A DNA stretch of 64,000 nucleotides from an uncultured Candidatus Saccharibacteria bacterium (GTDB taxonomy: Bacteria > Patescibacteriota > Minisyncoccia > Phycocordibacterales > UBA9973): the NCBI GenBank assembly GCA_964441495.1, contig CAYTXV010000003.1:3137-67136 (forward strand), in the 5' to 3' direction. The notes under the pieces were generated by a model that worked only from the letters and a program-made list of their open reading frames with translations, searched no databases and was not told the origin of the DNA. How positions within the stretch are numbered: the stretch's first letter is position 1; each line of letters opens with the position of its first letter. Made by a program: the position numbers and the translations under genes. Shown here in pieces: positions 9,695 through 18,876 of the stretch.

Positions 9695-10492
9695 CGAACG
9701 AATAGCTTTTTGAATCCAATACAAAAGTTTCTTGGGGAATGGGATATATTGTATGAACCAAAAAAACATATATCTCATACTTGCAATAGCAATGCCGGAA
9801 ATTGCATGCGGATATTTATTTCTATACTTGTATGCAATAGCCAGTATTCGCTTGGCTTGCGCTACTCTATTGCGAGCAGTGACTGTACTCGGGGTCACTG
9901 TGAGCGTAGTCATATACTGCGCAATATTTGCCATACTGCCAGCAAGCCCCAATCTCATCCATAAGTCATAGTCTTCGGCATGGCGCACCGATATGTCTTC
10001 ACTATACCTATCAACTCCCTTTCGAAAAAGTACTGATGAATGAGCAAAGCAATTTTTGCCAAGTATCCGCTCCCTGATATCCTGATCAGTCTCAGGTAGC
10101 AGCGTACGCGTGAGCTCTCTACCATTCGCATCAATCGTAATGATACCTGTCCCTACCAGTACATGGTCACGATGAGCATCGAGAAATGACACTTGCGTTT
10201 GGAGTTTGTCTGGATCATTCCAGAAGTCATCCGCGTCGATACGTGCGATGTACTCGCCTTTTGCAAGCGCGAGACCATGATTGAGCGTCTTTTGTAGACC
10301 GAGATTTTGCTCTTGCTTGATATAGATAATCCGTGGATCGGTGAGTGCTTTTACCGTACCATCGGTATCGTCAGTTGAACCATCATCGATCACTAGTAGC
10401 TCCCAATCCGTATATGTCTGCGCAAGGACACTTCTCACTGCTCGAGCAATAGTGTGGGCACTGTTGTAGGTTGGGAGAATAATGGAGATCAT
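9689..10492 (-). CDS. Glycosyltransferase family 2
   Basis: Start trimmed to ATG 10492 ([43 protein letters not shown]), ATGA overlap with upstream GT11 stop; RIDADD, AEDYDLW. Confidence 0.9.
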   Translation of the reverse strand: MISIILPTYNSAHTIARAVRSVLAQTYTDWELLVIDDGSTDDTDGTVKALTDPRIIYIKQEQNLGLQKTLNHGLALAKGEYIARIDADDFWNDPDKLQTQVSFLDAHRDHVLVGTGIITIDANGRELTRTLLPETDQDIRERILGKNCFAHSSVLFRKGVDRYSEDISVRHAEDYDLWMRLGLAGSMANIAQYMTTLTVTPSTVTARNRVAQAKRILAIAYKYRNKYPHAISGIAIASMRYMFFWFIQYIPFPKKLLYWIQKAIRSL

Positions 10493-11358
10493 ATACGTAT
10501 CCACTCTGGTGGAATAAGATCCCTGGTATCGATAGAAGTATCTGCAAACCACTGCTTGGGTGCGACCACTACCTTTTGGGGATGTTGTCCGAGCCACGCC
10601 ACCCACCATGACAAACTACTATTTGCCATAACAAAATGATTGCATGAACTCATAATACTCACTACTTCTGCCATTGAAGTATCATTCTCGACAAAGATCG
10701 TAGGGTACTTAAACGTAAGATGTTGCTTACACCACTCAATATCATCACGATCAAATACATACAGGCAATCAATAGGTTTTTCTTGGGAAATAATCTCAAG
10801 TGCTTTTTCGTAATATGCAATATCCACTACTGGATGGAATTCATTGCCTACATAATCACCCCGTCGAATATGAACGCAGACAGAATTTTGTGACTTGATA
10901 GTATCTATGACAGTCGCCACTTTTGGAGATATTTGTTTGAGGGTTATATCTTTTCGAATCGTATCAGCAATCTCATTAAAGTATTTGGGGCTCTGCCAAA
11001 AGCCATCGAGATAAGCATTTGGTCCAATACTCAGTATCGCAGGATCAAATGAATACTTTTTTTCTATTCCTGGTAATGGAAAAAGTTTTGCTCGAATTTT
11101 ATCGAAAAGTATTCCAAGCATTCCTGGAAATATATTCTTATATAAAAATGGAATCTGTTTCTTTGAAACAATTGTAGCTTGTATATTAAAATCACCTAAA
11201 TTGTATTCTCGAAATGTAAAATTTTTGCGAGGAGTTCGGTCAAGTAAGTACTCTACATCAAGTCCGAGTGTCGTATTGTATTTGATCGCAAGTGCTCGCC
11301 CCAGTGCATACTGGAACAACTGGTTTCCCATTCCCCCTTTGAGTCTAACGATAATCAT
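10489..11358 (-). CDS. Alpha-1,2-fucosyltransferase (GT11)
   Basis: [24 protein letters not shown]-terminus, HIRRGDY motif, SLSWWVAWL; visibly AT-richer than flanks. Confidence 0.85.
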   Translation of the reverse strand: MIIVRLKGGMGNQLFQYALGRALAIKYNTTLGLDVEYLLDRTPRKNFTFREYNLGDFNIQATIVSKKQIPFLYKNIFPGMLGILFDKIRAKLFPLPGIEKKYSFDPAILSIGPNAYLDGFWQSPKYFNEIADTIRKDITLKQISPKVATVIDTIKSQNSVCVHIRRGDYVGNEFHPVVDIAYYEKALEIISQEKPIDCLYVFDRDDIEWCKQHLTFKYPTIFVENDTSMAEVVSIMSSCNHFVMANSSLSWWVAWLGQHPQKVVVAPKQWFADTSIDTRDLIPPEWIRI

Positions 11359-12284
11359 TGCTTATGTGTTTGATACCACTCATATGTACGCGCAACCCCG
11401 TCTCGAAGCCCTATCGTGTGGTGCCACCCAAGCTGATGTAGTTTGGATACATCAAGCAGCTTGCGGGGTGTCCCGTCTGGTTTTGTATCGTCCCAGACGA
11501 TATCACCTTGATACCCTACTATCTCTTTGACAAGCTCAGCGAGTTCTTTGATGGAGACGTCTTCTCCTGTGCCAATGTTTACGATATCGGGATCTGTGTA
11601 TGTTTCCATCAAAAACACGACCGCACGAGCCAAATCATCAACATGCAAGAACTCGCGCTTTGCGCTTCCTGTCCCCCATAGTTCTACTGAAGGTGCTTGT
11701 GCGACTTTTGCATCATCAAACTTGCGAATAAGGGCTGGGAGTACATGAGAAGAGAGTAGATCAAAATTGTCATTTGGACCATACAGATTGGTAGGCATAA
11801 CACTGATCGTTTGCATACCATACTGCGCATTGTATGCTTGGGCCATCACAATACCTGCTATTTTGGCAAGTGCATATGCTTTGTTTGTTGGCTCAAGTTC
11901 TCCAGTCAAAAGAGAGGATTCGTGGATAGGCTGTGCTGCATACTTGGGATAAATACATGAGCTCCCGAGAAATAAAAGTTTCTGTACACCATGACGATGC
12001 GCGCTATCGAGTACATTGGTTTGTACTTGTAGATTTTCTCGGATAAAGTCTGCAGGGTATGTACTGTTTGCAAGTATCCCTCCAACCTTTGCCGCTGCGA
12101 GAAACACATAAGCCGGTTTTTCTTTTGCAAAAAACGTATCGACTGCTGCCTGTTGTGTCAGATCAAGCTCTGCATGTGTTCGAACAATGATGTTGGTATA
12201 CCCAGCACTAGTAAGTGTTCGTACAATAGCAGAACCAACAAGTCCGCGATGTCCCGCTACATAAATTTTTGCATCTTTTTCCAT
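11355..12284 (-). CDS. fcl: GDP-L-fucose synthase (GDP-4-keto-6-deoxymannose epimerase/reductase)
   Basis: [15 protein letters not shown] Rossmann motif, SSCIYP, YALAK catalytic Tyr-x3-Lys; adjacent to gmd. Confidence 0.92.
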   Translation of the reverse strand: MEKDAKIYVAGHRGLVGSAIVRTLTSAGYTNIIVRTHAELDLTQQAAVDTFFAKEKPAYVFLAAAKVGGILANSTYPADFIRENLQVQTNVLDSAHRHGVQKLLFLGSSCIYPKYAAQPIHESSLLTGELEPTNKAYALAKIAGIVMAQAYNAQYGMQTISVMPTNLYGPNDNFDLLSSHVLPALIRKFDDAKVAQAPSVELWGTGSAKREFLHVDDLARAVVFLMETYTDPDIVNIGTGEDVSIKELAELVKEIVGYQGDIVWDDTKPDGTPRKLLDVSKLHQLGWHHTIGLRDGVARTYEWYQTHKQ

Positions 12285-12288
12285 ACAG

Positions 12289-13341
12289 TTATACGAGGTA
12301 TTCTTGTGGGTCTACACCCTGATCAAGTAGTTCTTGTCTGAGCATGACATCAGCAAGCTCCGCCCAAGTAACTTTTGGCTCCCATCCAAGAACCCGCTTT
12401 GCTTTTGTTGCATCTCCGAGAAGTAGGTCGACTTCTGTTGGTCGATAATACACCGGATCGATACGGATAAGCGGCACCCCGCTATGTTCATCTTTGCCCA
12501 TTTCATCAAGTCCTTCACCTTCCCAGACAAGCTCATACCCGAGACGTTTTGCAACGTATTGTGCAAACGAGCGAACTGTCTGTGTCTGCCCTGTTGCAAT
12601 AACATAATCATCAGGAGTATCATGCTGCATCATAAGCCACATAGCCTCTACATACTCTTTGGCATACCCCCAATCACGTTTGGCATCAAGGTTGCCAAGA
12701 AATAACTCTTTTTGCTTCCCTAGTCGTATCGCAACGAGTCCTGCAACAATCTTTTTGGTGACAAATGTACCTCCTCGACGTGGAGACTCATGATTAAACA
12801 AGATACCATTACAAACAAACATCTCGTATGACTCACGATAGTTGATACTGATATGATGCGCAAATACTTTTGCACATGCATATGGGCTCCGTGGATAAAA
12901 AGGTGTTGTTTCTTTTTGTGGTGTTTCAAGTACTTTGCCAAACATCTCACTTGATCCCGCTTGATAAAACTTGATCTTTTTGCCGGTCGCCCTGATAGCT
13001 TCAAGGATACGAAGTGTACCAAGCGCATCAATGTCTGCGGTGTATTCTGGCATATCAAAACTAACACGAACATGGCTCTGAGCACCCAAGTGATATATCT
13101 CGTCCGGAGATACTGTGCCGATGATTTGATTGATGTTACTACTATCAGAGAGGTCTCCGTAATGAAGCACAAGTTTACGTCCGTTCTTGTGTGGGTCTTC
13201 ATATATATGTTCGATTCTGCCTGTATTGAAACTCGAAGAACGGCGGATAATGCCATGCACCTCATAGCCTTTTGCGATCAGCAGCTCCGCTAGATATGAA
13301 CCGTCTTGTCCCGTGATCCCTGTGATGAGGGCCTTTTTCAT
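12289..13341 (-). CDS. gmd: GDP-mannose 4,6-dehydratase
   Basis: [47 protein letters not shown]; SPYACAK; [10 protein letters not shown]. Confidence 0.95.
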   Translation of the reverse strand: MKKALITGITGQDGSYLAELLIAKGYEVHGIIRRSSSFNTGRIEHIYEDPHKNGRKLVLHYGDLSDSSNINQIIGTVSPDEIYHLGAQSHVRVSFDMPEYTADIDALGTLRILEAIRATGKKIKFYQAGSSEMFGKVLETPQKETTPFYPRSPYACAKVFAHHISINYRESYEMFVCNGILFNHESPRRGGTFVTKKIVAGLVAIRLGKQKELFLGNLDAKRDWGYAKEYVEAMWLMMQHDTPDDYVIATGQTQTVRSFAQYVAKRLGYELVWEGEGLDEMGKDEHSGVPLIRIDPVYYRPTEVDLLLGDATKAKRVLGWEPKVTWAELADVMLRQELLDQGVDPQEYLV

Positions 13342-13347
13342 ACTAGC

Positions 13348-13356
13348 ATTATACCA
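13348..13356 (-). promoter_or_regulatory. Extended -10 promoter (TGGTATAAT) 6 nt upstream of gmd ATG; leaderless-type
   Basis: Minus strand TGGTATAAT-gctagt-ATG. Confidence 0.5.
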
Positions 13357-13430
13357 TATTTAACTTTTCTTGACCTCGCCTCGATACACTAGACAACAAA
13401 CAATTTTGTATCACTTTAAAAAATTATGTT

Positions 13431-14285
13431 ATGAAACATGTACTTTGGATGTGCCTTTTGGCAACTACCAACACACACGCACAAGTTGCTGTCAATCTAC
13501 CGACAGGGCAATCGATCGACCCTCTTGCTGCCTTTCAGGTATGCGGAACAACACGCCTCGATTCACTTCCATTTGCACCAAACCCAACTCATGTCCTGGT
13601 CCTTGACCAAAACGACTCTATCTTGCACAAACTTACCCTTGCCTCTTTTGTTGTACTCATCCAACAATCACTTGCCTCCCCTCCTCCTGTTATTCGCGTA
13701 TTTGAGCACGACACAGTATGGAGCAAACCACCCGGCCTCAAATATATCGTCGTTGAAATGGTGGGTGGCGGTGGAGGTGGGGGTGGTTGCTATAACTATG
13801 GCGGGGGCGCCGGTGCGGCTGCTGGGTATACCAAAAAGATTATTTCTAAAGCATCACTCAGCGCAACAGAAACAGTAACTATTGGTATCGGTGGAGCTGG
13901 TGGGGCGCCACAATCTCCAGGAGATGACGGTGGTACAAGTTCTTTTGGAGCACATTGTTCTGCAACAGGCGGGCAAGGTGGGAAAGCGCAAACCACATCA
14001 GTCTCTTCTACTATTGGGTCAGCGGGTGGCATCGGGCTTAACGGAGATATAAATCTCACCGGTTCTGGGAGTGGAGGTGTAACAGGACCATCGGAGCCAA
14101 GATATATTGGAGCAAATTCAGTTTTTGGAGGCAGCGCGCAAGCAAATGGTAGTTATTCATCCAATGATGGGTTCAGCGCCACAAGTTATGGCGCAGGTGG
14201 CAGTGGTGGAAGTTGTTATAATATCCTAAACAAAAAAGGAGGCAGCGGTAGTAATGGGATTATAATTGTTACTGAGTATTATTAA
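13431..14285 (+). CDS. Secreted glycine-rich domain protein
   Basis: Signal-like N-terminus MKHVLWMCLLATTNTHAQ; VVEMVGGGGGGGGCYNYGGGAGAAAGY...IGIGGAGGAP...SSFG...ATGGQGG...GSGSNGIIIVTEYY, the pattern of 'glycine-rich domain' proteins. Confidence 0.7.
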   Translation: MKHVLWMCLLATTNTHAQVAVNLPTGQSIDPLAAFQVCGTTRLDSLPFAPNPTHVLVLDQNDSILHKLTLASFVVLIQQSLASPPPVIRVFEHDTVWSKPPGLKYIVVEMVGGGGGGGGCYNYGGGAGAAAGYTKKIISKASLSATETVTIGIGGAGGAPQSPGDDGGTSSFGAHCSATGGQGGKAQTTSVSSTIGSAGGIGLNGDINLTGSGSGGVTGPSEPRYIGANSVFGGSAQANGSYSSNDGFSATSYGAGGSGGSCYNILNKKGGSGSNGIIIVTEYY

Positions 14286-14287
14286 CC

Positions 14288-14318
14288 AAAAACGCTCGAG
14301 ATATCTCGAGCGTTTTAT
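14288..14318. terminator. Bidirectional rho-independent terminator between convergent genes
   Basis: AACGCTCGAG-atat-CTCGAGCGTT perfect 10-bp stem flanked by A-run and T-run. Confidence 0.75.
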
Positions 14319-16321
14319 TAATTTACCGTAAAATTAGGAACCTGTGATTGTGCATACTGAAATGCTTGTTTGTAAAGCTTTTCATTGCCGATCCCTTTGA
14401 GAAACTGTAGTAACAATTTATGAGAAACAGGAAGTGTCGGATCAATCGCTATCCCTGATTGATATGCGCTGATAACCGCTGGTATATCCCCTTTCCATGC
14501 TGCAAGTTGTGCATAGAGCCAGTAGATACGCGGATCGGTTGGAGCAAGTATCTGGGCATAGTCAATGTAATCACGAATATGCTGTGCAAGTGATGCGTCA
14601 TATGAGATATCAGAAAGAAAAATCTTGGTATTGTAGAGATTGACGAGTGTAAAATAGAGTCGGTAGTCCGTCTTGTTTGTTTGTGCAAGCTGTTCAAGGT
14701 ATGCAATGTACGCATCGACATCTTTTATTGCATGTGGAAGTACTTTTTGATCCTGCTTAATCACAAGCGGGTTTGCAGCATAGAGTTTGTATTCATCATA
14801 TGCAAAACCACTCACATCCCAATAGTTACCAACCGAAGATCCCTCCAGAAACTCTCGATATCGCGGGTACCGTTCGTTGAGCTTTGAACCAAGAACTTCT
14901 CCAAAAAGTTTTGCTTTCTGGGCTGGTTGATACGCGACTACATACATAGCAACAACAGAAACTGCAAGTAACATCACAAGTAAGTACTGATGTCTAGATG
15001 TTTCTTTTTTTTGAATTGTATCTTGAGTTTGAGGTATCACCCTATTGCCATACGCGACCGCTGCATAAATACCAACTATATAGATAGTGATGAACCCATC
15101 AAACGAAACAAGATCTTGAACAAGGTATGCAACGAGTGTGCTGATCAAAACTGACTTTTGTGTAGCGGTGAGCTTAGCATTGCGATAGATAAGGACAACA
15201 AGTGATCCAACAAAAAGTACGTAAAAGAGTACTCCTGGATATCCTCCAGCGACAGCATTGTTGTAGTACACATTGTGCGGTTGATCGGTCCATGCCTCAA
15301 ACGCAAGATTGCGCGAGAGAAATTGCGGATCAAAGTATCGTGCCTGTGCTATCGGGAAGTTTTCGGGGCCGTACCCCAGTAGTGGCCGCTCAGTCAGTAC
15401 CTTTTGTGAAATCTCCCAAAATGCAAATCGTGTCCCAGAAGCAAGTTCAACAAACTTATTATGTAGACTTGTTCCTGGGGTGACGAACTGGTGCCAGACA
15501 ACAACAAACATCCCTACCCCTGCAATGATCCCTGTCCATCCTATTGTACGGAGAGCTTTTTTTGTACTTTGCATCAAATACACCAGCGCCCCAACACCTC
15601 CTCCTACTACTATAGCGCCCAGCGCTGCACGCGCACTTCCAAGCACGCCACTTCCGGTAAACATACCATAAAGACTTAGAAACACTGGTGAGAACACGGC
15701 GCCTCCCACAAGTACCCATAACCATCCAGAGCGTTTGTTGCGCTCTGTTGCGATTAGGAACGTAAATCCCAGGATAAAGATAAGGTATGCGCCTGCAAGT
15801 GTTGAGTTGCCAGTGACTCCGCCTCCACTTGCTTTCCGTAGAATGTTCATCGGGATATGTAAACCTTCATCACCGAACCATACACTCAGAGCCACCACCG
15901 CTCCGCCAGCAACAACCCACTTGAGATATGTAGTGATAAACCCGGCATATCGCTTCGCAAGCGATACAAGCATCGTTGTGTGTACTGTGATCATGCCAAG
16001 CGTCATGAGTCCGGTGCCTCGCATGAGCGATCCCCAGATCGCAAGTCCGCTGTTGCGAGCAGTAACAGCAGTGATACCCATCCATACTAGATAAACAAAA
16101 AGTGGCGTCATCATATACCACTCGTTGCGCTTGAGTCGATATCGCGAGTCAACGATCAGTGCATAGAACCAAAATGCAAGTAAAAACAAGACACCGCCGT
16201 AGAACAAAAATACCTTTGATGTTGCGTGGGTAAAGACCCATCGCTCCCAAGTGATCCAAGGGATGAGGAACGCAAGTATATATAATCCGTATTTGAGCAC
16301 TGTTTCATATCGTGTATCCAT
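14318..16321 (-). CDS. O-antigen ligase/polymerase-like membrane protein with C-terminal TPR-like region
   Basis: ~10 TM helices; FAFWEISQKVLTERPLLGYGPENF typical of Wzy_C/O-antigen ligase family; start set to ATG 16321 (MDTRYE) 6 nt after a TGGTATACT -10 box. Confidence 0.75.
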   Translation of the reverse strand: MDTRYETVLKYGLYILAFLIPWITWERWVFTHATSKVFLFYGGVLFLLAFWFYALIVDSRYRLKRNEWYMMTPLFVYLVWMGITAVTARNSGLAIWGSLMRGTGLMTLGMITVHTTMLVSLAKRYAGFITTYLKWVVAGGAVVALSVWFGDEGLHIPMNILRKASGGGVTGNSTLAGAYLIFILGFTFLIATERNKRSGWLWVLVGGAVFSPVFLSLYGMFTGSGVLGSARAALGAIVVGGGVGALVYLMQSTKKALRTIGWTGIIAGVGMFVVVWHQFVTPGTSLHNKFVELASGTRFAFWEISQKVLTERPLLGYGPENFPIAQARYFDPQFLSRNLAFEAWTDQPHNVYYNNAVAGGYPGVLFYVLFVGSLVVLIYRNAKLTATQKSVLISTLVAYLVQDLVSFDGFITIYIVGIYAAVAYGNRVIPQTQDTIQKKETSRHQYLLVMLLAVSVVAMYVVAYQPAQKAKLFGEVLGSKLNERYPRYREFLEGSSVGNYWDVSGFAYDEYKLYAANPLVIKQDQKVLPHAIKDVDAYIAYLEQLAQTNKTDYRLYFTLVNLYNTKIFLSDISYDASLAQHIRDYIDYAQILAPTDPRIYWLYAQLAAWKGDIPAVISAYQSGIAIDPTLPVSHKLLLQFLKGIGNEKLYKQAFQYAQSQVPNFTVN

Positions 16322-16327
16322 ATCAAC

Positions 16328-16336
16328 AGTATACCA
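16328..16336 (-). promoter_or_regulatory. Extended -10 promoter (TGGTATACT), leaderless-type
   Basis: Minus strand TGGTATACT-gttgat-ATG immediately downstream of terminator. Confidence 0.5.
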
Positions 16337-16340
16337 AAAC

Positions 16341-16366
16341 AAAAAACCGCCCGAAGGCGGCTTTTT
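16341..16366 (-). terminator. Rho-independent terminator after surface protein gene
   Basis: Minus strand GCCGCC-ttcg-GGCGGT stem followed by TTTTTTG; T-run also on plus strand. Confidence 0.75.
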
Positions 16367-16399
16367 GTGTTCATACTGAACTCAGTCGATCAAGAGCGA

Positions 16400-18388
16400 T
16401 TAGCTGTTGATGAACTGGTAGTCAGTGCGGAACTGCTCTGCAGGGAGAAGAGTACTTGATGTAGCGCCTGTGTAAAGTGCTGCATTAGTAAATGTCTGAG
16501 CCTGTTTGAGCTGAACACGGTAGTTAGCATTTGTAGTTGCTGGAGTGTTCAAAGTAACAGTGATTGTGAAGTTCTTTGTAGAACCATCATCAATACGGAA
16601 TGCACCTGATTCGATCGTAGCGTTCGATGAAGAAAGCGCGATTGAAGCAGAACTGATAACTTCATCAGTTGTCGCAGCACCTGATTGCTGGAATGCAAGC
16701 GCAAATGCGTTTGAACCAGAAACAGAAGTTGCAAGCTGAGCGTTTTGACTCATGTAGAGCGTGTTACCGAATGAACTTACAGATACAGGGATAGTGTAGG
16801 TTACAGAAGTAACAGCACCATTTTGATCAGTAGTTCGAGCGTAACTTGCTGAACCCATAGTAACGTTCACACCTGTTGAGCGGAAGGTCATGAGTTCACC
16901 GATAGCTGAACCTGTTCGGTCGCCAGTTACAAGCTGATCACCATTTACATCTTCTGCATCAATAGACCAAATGCCGCTTGTTGCAGTTACGTATGAAGAT
17001 GGGATTTCAGCGTAGAGAGTGGTTCCCTCTGTGTATCCAGAGACACTGTTGATATCAGCAGAAACAGTACCTGTAAGGGTTTCTCCTTCGGCGATGTCAA
17101 GATCAAGATCATCAAACGTAACAGTAAATGTCGACGATGAAGTTGTTGATACTGATTCACTGAATTCTGAACCGCCAATGTTAAGAGTAACATTACCGGT
17201 TACATCAGAGATATTGTTATCGCTGGTTGTAAATCGAACTGGGACCTGATCGATGTGCATCTTGCCACCCTGAGCCTTCATGGTGAACTTGAGAAGTTCA
17301 ACATCGTTGGTCTGAGTAGTAGTTGATACTTTAACAGTCTGAGCTTTCAAGTTTGAACTTGCAAGGTTGACCTTGAGTTCGAGATCATTTGCAGTTGCAA
17401 GTGATGTGAAGTTGAAAGTCTTTGTAAGGTTAGTGTCCTCTGTAAGGATAGCACCTGAAGCGTCGTTGAAACGAACACTATCAAGTGTAGCTACCCAGCT
17501 GTCAGAACTGTAGTCTGAAGAATCGATGTTCTCAAGTGCAGAAACTGCAACGAAGAAACGCATCTTTTGGTCTGCTCGGATCACTACGTTTGAAAGCGCA
17601 ATTGATCGTGAGTAAACGTTTGAAGACTCTGAGAAGTCTGAAGAGTTTGAAGAACCAACTTTGTTACCATTCTGATCCCAAACAGAGACAGTTGAAGCAT
17701 ATCGTGAGAGACGCTTTGAGCCTGAGCCCTGGTTTTCGAGATTGATTTTTACAGAGTTGATAGCAACATCTGATCCAGCGTCAGCTTCGATTTCGAAGCC
17801 GAGCACCTTCTTGTTGTTGTCGCCTTCACCAACATTGGTCTCAAGACCAGATGTGTATGAAGAAACAGTGATGTCACCAGCAGTACCAGAAAGTGCACCA
17901 CCATTGTTTGATGATGAACCGTTACATGGCTGACCATTGATTGGAGAGTATCCAGTCATTGAAGTACAACCAGGTACTGATGATCCACCTGAGCAAGGCA
18001 TACCAGTAGTAGTACTGTAACCTGAGTTAGAAGTACAACCTGCTGGATATGAACCGCCAGTTGAAGTGCCACCAAGCATTGCGAGCTGTCCGCCAGTTGT
18101 AGGACCGACAACACCGTCAGCCTTGAGGCCACGTGACATTTGGAATGACATTACTGCAGCCTTGGTCTTTGCACCGAAGTACATTGACTCCATACCTGGA
18201 GAACCAGCGCCTGTAGTTGAAACTACGAAGCCGCCTGCGTTAAGAGCTTTTTGGAGCTCCATAACTTGTGAACTAGATACACCCATTTTGAGGGTACTAG
18301 TGTGCATGTAAGCAGCAGAAGCTGAAGTTGCAACAAAGAGTGCAAGAGCAGCTGCCACGCCTACAACGAATTTAAAAGTTTTAGACAT
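16400..18388 (-). CDS. Cell-surface protein: signal peptide, peptidoglycan-binding domain, two Cys-loop repeats, long Ser/Thr-rich beta region
   Basis: Start trimmed to ATG 18388 (MSKTFKFVVGVAAALALFVATSASA); PG_binding_1-like SSSQVMELQKALN...AVMSFQMSRGLKADGVVGPTTG; GCTSNSGYSTTTGMPCSGG / GCTSMTGYSPINGQPCNG. Confidence 0.8.
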   Translation of the reverse strand: MSKTFKFVVGVAAALALFVATSASAAYMHTSTLKMGVSSSQVMELQKALNAGGFVVSTTGAGSPGMESMYFGAKTKAAVMSFQMSRGLKADGVVGPTTGGQLAMLGGTSTGGSYPAGCTSNSGYSTTTGMPCSGGSSVPGCTSMTGYSPINGQPCNGSSSNNGGALSGTAGDITVSSYTSGLETNVGEGDNNKKVLGFEIEADAGSDVAINSVKINLENQGSGSKRLSRYASTVSVWDQNGNKVGSSNSSDFSESSNVYSRSIALSNVVIRADQKMRFFVAVSALENIDSSDYSSDSWVATLDSVRFNDASGAILTEDTNLTKTFNFTSLATANDLELKVNLASSNLKAQTVKVSTTTQTNDVELLKFTMKAQGGKMHIDQVPVRFTTSDNNISDVTGNVTLNIGGSEFSESVSTTSSSTFTVTFDDLDLDIAEGETLTGTVSADINSVSGYTEGTTLYAEIPSSYVTATSGIWSIDAEDVNGDQLVTGDRTGSAIGELMTFRSTGVNVTMGSASYARTTDQNGAVTSVTYTIPVSVSSFGNTLYMSQNAQLATSVSGSNAFALAFQQSGAATTDEVISSASIALSSSNATIESGAFRIDDGSTKNFTITVTLNTPATTNANYRVQLKQAQTFTNAALYTGATSSTLLPAEQFRTDYQFINS

Positions 18389-18419
18389 AGTGTAATTAAT
18401 GCTTAGTAATCGCCGTGTG

Positions 18420-18431
18420 TATATAGCACAT
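18420..18431 (-). promoter_or_regulatory. Extended -10 promoter (TGTGCTATATAC) for surface protein gene, ~30-nt leader
   Basis: Minus strand TGTGCTATATA ~35 nt upstream of ATG 18388. Confidence 0.4.
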
Positions 18432-18876
18432 GGCGTTTGTACTTTGTGCGCGGTCTTTATCATCGCGCAGCATCGTACAAAAATTGAGCTAATTGCAGAT
18501 GAGCAGTAACGAGCTGCCATATCTGCCGTGTCGACAAGGCCGATATATGCCCTGGGGTAGTTGCCTATCCCAAAACAAAATCACGGCACGTCGAAAGCTT
18601 GTAATAACGTACTTGGATAAGTCGCTTTGAAGTTTTCAACGAGCCGTCGAGCGTGCCACGAAGGGCGCCTCGCTCGTACTTTTGCCCTTATCCTGATCAC
18701 TCAGAACAGGTGTCAAAAGACATATCATACTACCATAGATATGGCGTTTCGGCCATACCCAAGCGGGTAGTAGATGGGACAAAGTATATCGTCCCGCTAT
18801 CTTTTGTGCAAAAGAAACGCACGAAGTTCGCTCGATATGGATGACTGGGCAAATCCCCTTTTATTACAAGCTCTAT

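Noticed and set aside
12720-13265. 181-aa alternative-frame ORF inside gmd, and the many similar shadow ORFs inside other long genes
   Set aside because: They lie entirely within strongly supported genes in another frame or on the other strand, and have no recognisable motifs.
13761-13790. G-rich tract (GTGGGTGGCGGTGGAGGTGGGGGTGG) as a possible G-quadruplex or repeat
   Set aside because: It encodes the poly-Gly run of the glycine-rich protein in frame. Only two runs of at least 3 G are present, so it is not a canonical G4.
16322-18520. Long N-terminal extensions of track ORFs: 16400-18520, 14318-16342, 9689-10609, 24514-25077, 25870-26778, 34003-37401, 39582-40109, 50195-51538, 3270, 5822, 21745 and 23397
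   Set aside because: The extensions overlap upstream genes, terminators or the T-box leader. Internal ATGs give canonical protein N-termini and sit at the recurrent -10 box spacing.
18614-18692. 79-nt element with a 7-bp closing stem and three internal hairpins, considered as a tRNA or tRNA-like gene
   Set aside because: It has no T-loop (GTTCRANYC), no D-loop GG and no 7-nt anticodon loop. The stem lengths do not fit a cloverleaf.
18653-18844. 63-aa plus-strand ORF in the long intergenic region
   Set aside because: It has odd Arg/Tyr/Pro-rich composition, no promoter-like box and no downstream terminator. The region is better explained as structured RNA on the minus strand.
18440-18876. 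c-di-AMP (ydaO-type) riboswitch, considered because the downstream gene encodes a peptidoglycan-binding wall protein
   Set aside because: I could not find the conserved ACGGGGA / CCCGAAUCC-type motifs or the pseudo-two-fold symmetric architecture.
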